Program-made: the position numbers and the translations under genes
Part shown: one piece after another, positions 6,609 through 10,477 of the stretch
Position numbering within the stretch: the stretch's first letter is position 1
Layout: each line of letters begins with the position of its first letter
Assembly: GCA_039801885.1 (NCBI GenBank)
Contig: JBDRVN010000053.1
Span: forward strand, 1 to 10,477
Length of the DNA: 10,477 nucleotides
Reading direction: 5' to 3'
Source of the DNA: a candidate division WOR-3 bacterium
Lineage (GTDB): Bacteria > Hydrothermota > Tepidihabitantia > Tepidihabitantales > DTDR01
The notes under the pieces: model-generated
What the model was told of the DNA's origin: nothing
The model's input: only the letters and a program-made list of their open reading frames with translations
The model's database searches: none

Positions 6609-7847
6609 GAAAGATTTGCTCAAATTGAAGAGGCAATAAAAGATATCAAAAAAGGAAAAATATTAATTGTTGTCGATGATGAAGAAAGAGAAAACGAAGG
6701 TGATTTTATTTGTGCGGCAGAAAAAATCACACCCCAAAAAATAAACTTTATGTCTAAATACGGCAGAGGACTAATCTGTGTTGCCTTAGAAGAAGAGAGA
6801 ATAAGAGAATTAGATTTACCTTTAATAATTGATAGCAAAAATCCGGCTAAATATGGCACACCAATGACAGTTCCCGTAGATGTAAAAATTGGCACCACTA
6901 CCGGTTCTTCGGCTTATGACCGAGCAAAAACAATCAAAGCATTAATTGACCCGAAATCAAAACCGGAAGATTTTGCCCGACCGGGTCATGTCTTTCCCTT
7001 AAGAGCAGTAAAAGGCGGTGTTTTAAGAAGGGCAGGGCATACGGAAGCAAGTGTTGATTTAGCGCGTTTGGCGGGACTTTATCCAGCAGGTGTTCTTTGT
7101 GAAATAATGGCAGAAAATGGCAAAATGGCAAAATTAAATGAGCTATTCCGATTGGCAAAAAGATTTAATATCAAAATAATCACTATCAAAGATTTGATTG
7201 CCTACCGAAAGAAAAATGAAAAACTTATTGAAAGAAAAGTGATAACCAAATTACCAACTCCTTATGGTGAATTTACCCTTTATCTTTACGAAGATTTATT
7301 AGAACACCAACTACATATTGCACTGGTTAAAGGAGATGTCAAAGGAAAAGAGAATGTTTTAGTGAGAGTCCATTCTCAATGTCTTACTGGTGATGTCTTT
7401 CATTCTTTAAGATGCGATTGTGGTGAACAATTACACACTGCCTTAAAAATGATTAGCAAAGAAAAAGAAGGAGTACTTTTATATATGCGTCAGGAAGGAA
7501 GAGGATTAGGATTATTTCTAAAACTAAAATCTTATGAATTACAGGATTTAGGTTTAGATACTGTTGATTCAGCAAAGGCATTAGGGAAAAAACCGGATTT
7601 AAGAGACTACGGAATTGGTGCCCAAATCCTCGCTGATTTAGGAATTACCACCATTAGATTACTTACCAACAATCCAAAAAAAATTATTGGCTTAGAGGGG
7701 TTTGGTTTAAAAGTAGTAGAAAGAGTGCCTTTAATTATCAAACCAAACAAAAAAAATATAAAATATTTAGAAACAAAAAGGGATAAACTTGGTCATTTAT
7801 TAGGAGACCTAAAAAGTGAGGTGAAAGATGGAAGTAAAAGAATATAA
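6603..7847 (+). CDS. ribBA: Bifunctional 3,4-dihydroxy-2-butanone-4-phosphate synthase / GTP cyclohydrolase II
   Basis: DHBPS motifs VVDDEERENEGD, GRGLIC, RPGHVFPL, GGVLRRAGHTE, CEIM. GCH-II motifs RVHSQCLTGD..HSLRCDCG, QEGRG.GL, DLRDYGIGAQIL, LLTNNPKK, YL.TK.DK.GH. Confidence 0.97.
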   Translation: MKERFAQIEEAIKDIKKGKILIVVDDEERENEGDFICAAEKITPQKINFMSKYGRGLICVALEEERIRELDLPLIIDSKNPAKYGTPMTVPVDVKIGTTTGSSAYDRAKTIKALIDPKSKPEDFARPGHVFPLRAVKGGVLRRAGHTEASVDLARLAGLYPAGVLCEIMAENGKMAKLNELFRLAKRFNIKIITIKDLIAYRKKNEKLIERKVITKLPTPYGEFTLYLYEDLLEHQLHIALVKGDVKGKENVLVRVHSQCLTGDVFHSLRCDCGEQLHTALKMISKEKEGVLLYMRQEGRGLGLFLKLKSYELQDLGLDTVDSAKALGKKPDLRDYGIGAQILADLGITTIRLLTNNPKKIIGLEGFGLKVVERVPLIIKPNKKNIKYLETKRDKLGHLLGDLKSEVKDGSKRI

Positions 7848-8289
7848 AGGCTATTTAGACGCCAAAAATAAAAAATTTGCCATTGTTATCTCTCGTTTTA
7901 ACGAATTTATAACCCAGAATTTATTAAAAGGCGCCTTAGACTGTTTAGAAAGACACTATGCCCAATCTTGCGATATCTATTGGACTTTTGGAACCTTTGA
8001 AATTCCTGGTGTTGCAAAAAGATTGGCAGAAAAAAAGATATACGATGCGATTATTTGTTTAGGAGCAATTATTCGTGGTGATACTCCCCATGCTGAATAT
8101 ATCGCCAACGAAGTAACCAAAGGAATTGCTAAGATTTACTTTGATACTGGTATTCCAACTACCTTCGGAATTATTACTGCTGATAGTTTAGAACAGGCGA
8201 TAGAACGGGCTGGTACAAAAGAAGGTAACAAAGGCTTCCTGGCTGCCTTATCGGCGATTGAAATGGCAAATCTGAAAGAGAAAATTTGA
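7828..8289 (+). CDS. ribH: 6,7-dimethyl-8-ribityllumazine synthase
   Basis: IVISRFN, G.FEIP, DAIICLGAIIRG.TPH, FGIIT, EQAIERAGTK.GNKG..AA..AIEM. SD GAGGTG at 7818-7823; lies between ribBA and nusB. Confidence 0.96.
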   Translation: MEVKEYKGYLDAKNKKFAIVISRFNEFITQNLLKGALDCLERHYAQSCDIYWTFGTFEIPGVAKRLAEKKIYDAIICLGAIIRGDTPHAEYIANEVTKGIAKIYFDTGIPTTFGIITADSLEQAIERAGTKEGNKGFLAALSAIEMANLKEKI

Positions 8290-8699
8290 AAGAACCAATA
8301 AGAAGAAAAGCACGAAAAACTGCTTTGACCATCCTTTATATCAATGACCTTATGGGTTTTCCTCTTGACGAAGTAGTGAAAGAAGTTTTAGAGAAGATTA
8401 AACTAAATGAAAAAAATTTAGAATTTCTTGATAAACTTATCTCCAAAATAAAAGATAATAAAAAAATAATTGATGAAATAATTAAAGAACATTTGATAAA
8501 TTGGGAATTAGAACGTCTTTCTTATATTGACCGAGCAATATTAAGAATTGCCACTTGCGAACTTCTTTATTTCGATGATATTCCACCCAAGGTAAGCATT
8601 AACGAAGCAATTGAATTGGCTAAAGAATTTTCCGACGAAGATGCCAAAAGATTTATTAATGGTGTGCTGGATGCAATCTATAAAGAACTAAATAAATGA
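8286..8699 (+). CDS. nusB: Transcription antitermination factor NusB
   Basis: RRKAR..A..ILY, ID..I..HL.NW.LERL..IDRAILR.A..EL, P.KVSINEAIELAK.F......FINGVLD. TTG start overlaps the ribH TGA; classic ribH-nusB order. Confidence 0.95.
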   Translation: MKEPIRRKARKTALTILYINDLMGFPLDEVVKEVLEKIKLNEKNLEFLDKLISKIKDNKKIIDEIIKEHLINWELERLSYIDRAILRIATCELLYFDDIPPKVSINEAIELAKEFSDEDAKRFINGVLDAIYKELNK

Positions 8700-9424
8700 A
8701 GTTTGGTATCCTTTCCGATATTCACGGCAATTTAGAAGCTTTAGAAATTGTTTTAGAAGAGATAAAAAAAGAAGATTGTAATGAGATAATTTTTTTAGGA
8801 GATATTGTTGGCTACGGCGCTAACCCCAATGAATGTATTGAATTACTAAGAAAAGAAAGAGTGGTTGGTGTCGCCGGTAATCACGATTACGCAGTTTTAA
8901 ATAAAACTTCTATTGAAAATTTTAATCCCTATGCCAAAGCTGCTATTTTGTGGACACAAAAAGTATTAACCAAAGAATCTTTATGGTATCTTGATGCCTT
9001 TTTATTAGTTAACAAATCTTATCCTTTTCATATTGTTCATTCTTCACCCGATGATCCCAGTGATTGGTATTATCTTTTCACGATTGAAGATATCATTCCT
9101 CAATTCAATTTTTTTAACTATCCGGTATGTTTAGTTGGACATACCCATATGCCTTTCATTGTTGCCAAGAGAAATGATGGAAAAATTGAAATAACTAAAG
9201 AAAATAAAATTGAGTTAAATCCGGATTGGCAATACATCATCAATGTTGGTAGTGTTGGTCAACCAAGAGATAAAAATCCCAAAGCCTGTTTTGCTATTTA
9301 TGATACCAAAAAAAATATTTTTGAAATAAGAAGAGTCGATTATGACATAAAAAAGGCAGCTGATAAAATAATTAAGGCTAACCTTCCTTCAATACTGGCA
9401 GAAAGATTATTTTACGGTCAATAG
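8696..9424 (+). CDS. Metallophosphoesterase (calcineurin-like, YfcE/MJ0936-type) family protein
   Basis: SDIHGN, LGDIVGYG..PNEC, GNHD, VH, GHTH.P, INVGSVGQPRD, RRV.YD; ATGA overlap with nusB. Confidence 0.9.
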   Translation: MKFGILSDIHGNLEALEIVLEEIKKEDCNEIIFLGDIVGYGANPNECIELLRKERVVGVAGNHDYAVLNKTSIENFNPYAKAAILWTQKVLTKESLWYLDAFLLVNKSYPFHIVHSSPDDPSDWYYLFTIEDIIPQFNFFNYPVCLVGHTHMPFIVAKRNDGKIEITKENKIELNPDWQYIINVGSVGQPRDKNPKACFAIYDTKKNIFEIRRVDYDIKKAADKIIKANLPSILAERLFYGQ

Positions 9425-10477
9425 CCTTAAATTTTGGACCTTACCTTTTTCTTTTAAAATCAGATAATAAATTCCCGGTGAGAGATTACCAATATCAAAA
9501 TTTTTCTTATTTTTTATTTCGCCCTGATAAATTCTTTTAATTATTTTACCATCAATTGTTGCTAAATATATTTCACCGTTAAAAGAAGTCTTTACCGCAA
9601 GAGTAAAACGATTCTTTACCGGATTAGGATAAATTTTAAAATCCTTTTTTAAATCAATAGTAAATATCTCTTCTCCTTCTTCAATTGCGTAAGGCAAAGT
9701 TTCACCAAAGAAAAGTAAAATTCTTCTTAACAAGGCTGGTCTTTGGATATATCTGGTAGCGACATAGTCTACTGCTTCAAAAGGAAAAGCAAAATATACT
9801 AACCGGTAATTTCCTTCGTATCTTATTCCGGCATAAGAATTTGGCTGGTCTTTATAAAAATGGGTGGCGATACCACCGTTGATTGGTTCAATTACATCAT
9901 TAGAACGAGCATTATTCGCACCACCGCCACCGGCCGCAACAACCGTATCGCCGCCACCAATTGGATCATTAGAAATTCCAACTATCCAATAAGTGTTAGC
10001 ATTAGGAGCAACATAACGGGCTTTTAAATAATTCTCATAAAATGGTGTGGAACCAATATTCTGACCAATATTCTGACCGGAAATAAAGAGATTACCACCA
10101 TTATCTAAATAATTTGCTAAAAGATTTCTTTCACTTTCGGTTAATGAATTAATACTATCTAAACCGGTAAACCAAATTACCACCGGATAACGATTTAAAG
10201 TATCCTGAGGTGGTAAGCCTAAGGTATCTATTGACCAATAACGACGCAAGGCACCGATCGAATCAATCGCTCCTAAATAAAATCTTTGATAATCCTTTCT
10301 GTCATCGTCATCAACAACGATTATTCTTGGAAAACCACAGGTGATTTTTATTTTCCAAGGTGTTTCAATATAAGGCATTGGGTTGGCAGTTATCTTTACT
10401 TCAAATTCTACAACTTGCGAAGGAGCATTTTCTCTCATTCTAAAAACAAAAGAGTCACTACTTAACCAAACACTATC
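9407..10477 (-). CDS. C-terminal part (5'-truncated by the window) of a probably secreted protein with a T9SS type A-like sorting domain
   Basis: The frame stays open upstream of ATG 10438 to the window edge (DSVWLSSDSFVFR-M...), so the true start probably lies outside. The last ~75 aa show a CTD pattern: IYPNP...IY...DGK.I.........L.PGIYYL.L......RL..VK. It is preceded by an alpha/beta module IIVVDDD...VVIWFTG...YLDNGGNLFISGQNIG. Confidence 0.8.
   Translation of the reverse strand, partial: DSVWLSSDSFVFRMRENAPSQVVEFEVKITANPMPYIETPWKIKITCGFPRIIVVDDDDRKDYQRFYLGAIDSIGALRRYWSIDTLGLPPQDTLNRYPVVIWFTGLDSINSLTESERNLLANYLDNGGNLFISGQNIGQNIGSTPFYENYLKARYVAPNANTYWIVGISNDPIGGGDTVVAAGGGGANNARSNDVIEPINGGIATHFYKDQPNSYAGIRYEGNYRLVYFAFPFEAVDYVATRYIQRPALLRRILLFFGETLPYAIEEGEEIFTIDLKKDFKIYPNPVKNRFTLAVKTSFNGEIYLATIDGKIIKRIYQGEIKNKKNFDIGNLSPGIYYLILKEKGKVQNLRLLTVK

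Noticed and set aside
693..7158. Short alternative-frame ORFs (693-941, 2252-2491, 2323-2592, 4803-5009, 5198-5431, 5256-5456, 6620-6898, 6934-7158)
   Set aside because: All are shadows of well-supported genes, with no recognisable motifs.
8696..9424. Metallophosphoesterase or NadE as part of an anti-phage or NAD-restoration system
   Set aside because: This is a common phosphoesterase family in a housekeeping context, with no effector, nuclease, cyclase or other defence partner in the window.
10052..10078. 12-bp tandem repeat (ACCAATATTCTG)x2 plus ACC, encoding GQNIGQNIG
   Set aside because: In-frame, two copies, and within a motif-like segment; not an array, with no evident consequence.
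1..10477. CRISPR array, tRNA/rRNA, riboswitch, IS or integrase
   Set aside because: No spaced repeat series, no GC-rich structured intergenic region and no recombinase ORF; the only sizeable non-coding stretch is 1-211.

Overview
AT-rich bacterial chromosomal window, mostly housekeeping. A sigma70-like promoter (176-203) precedes a gap-free run of ten + strand genes (212-9424): cysS, deoC, a tdh-like Zn-dependent dehydrogenase, an RmlC/SpsL-like cupin, an RmlB-like NDP-sugar dehydratase, glutamine-dependent nadE, ribBA, ribH, nusB and a metallophosphoesterase. It converges on the 3' part of a minus-strand gene for a probably large secreted protein with a T9SS-type C-terminal sorting domain; that gene runs off the window. 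I see no RNA genes, CRISPR array, transposase or integrase, and no clearly new multi-gene system. The best signals are fine-scale. (1) A degenerate ~35-bp direct repeat sits exactly on both nadE junctions, suggesting nadE was inserted between rmlB and ribBA. (2) Small tandem duplications lie on other start/stop junctions. (3) The TDH-like enzyme has lost all four structural-zinc cysteines and its NAD-specifying acidic residue. (4) The RmlB-like enzyme has Ser in place of the catalytic Asp. Family motif comparisons are from memory; no database search was run.
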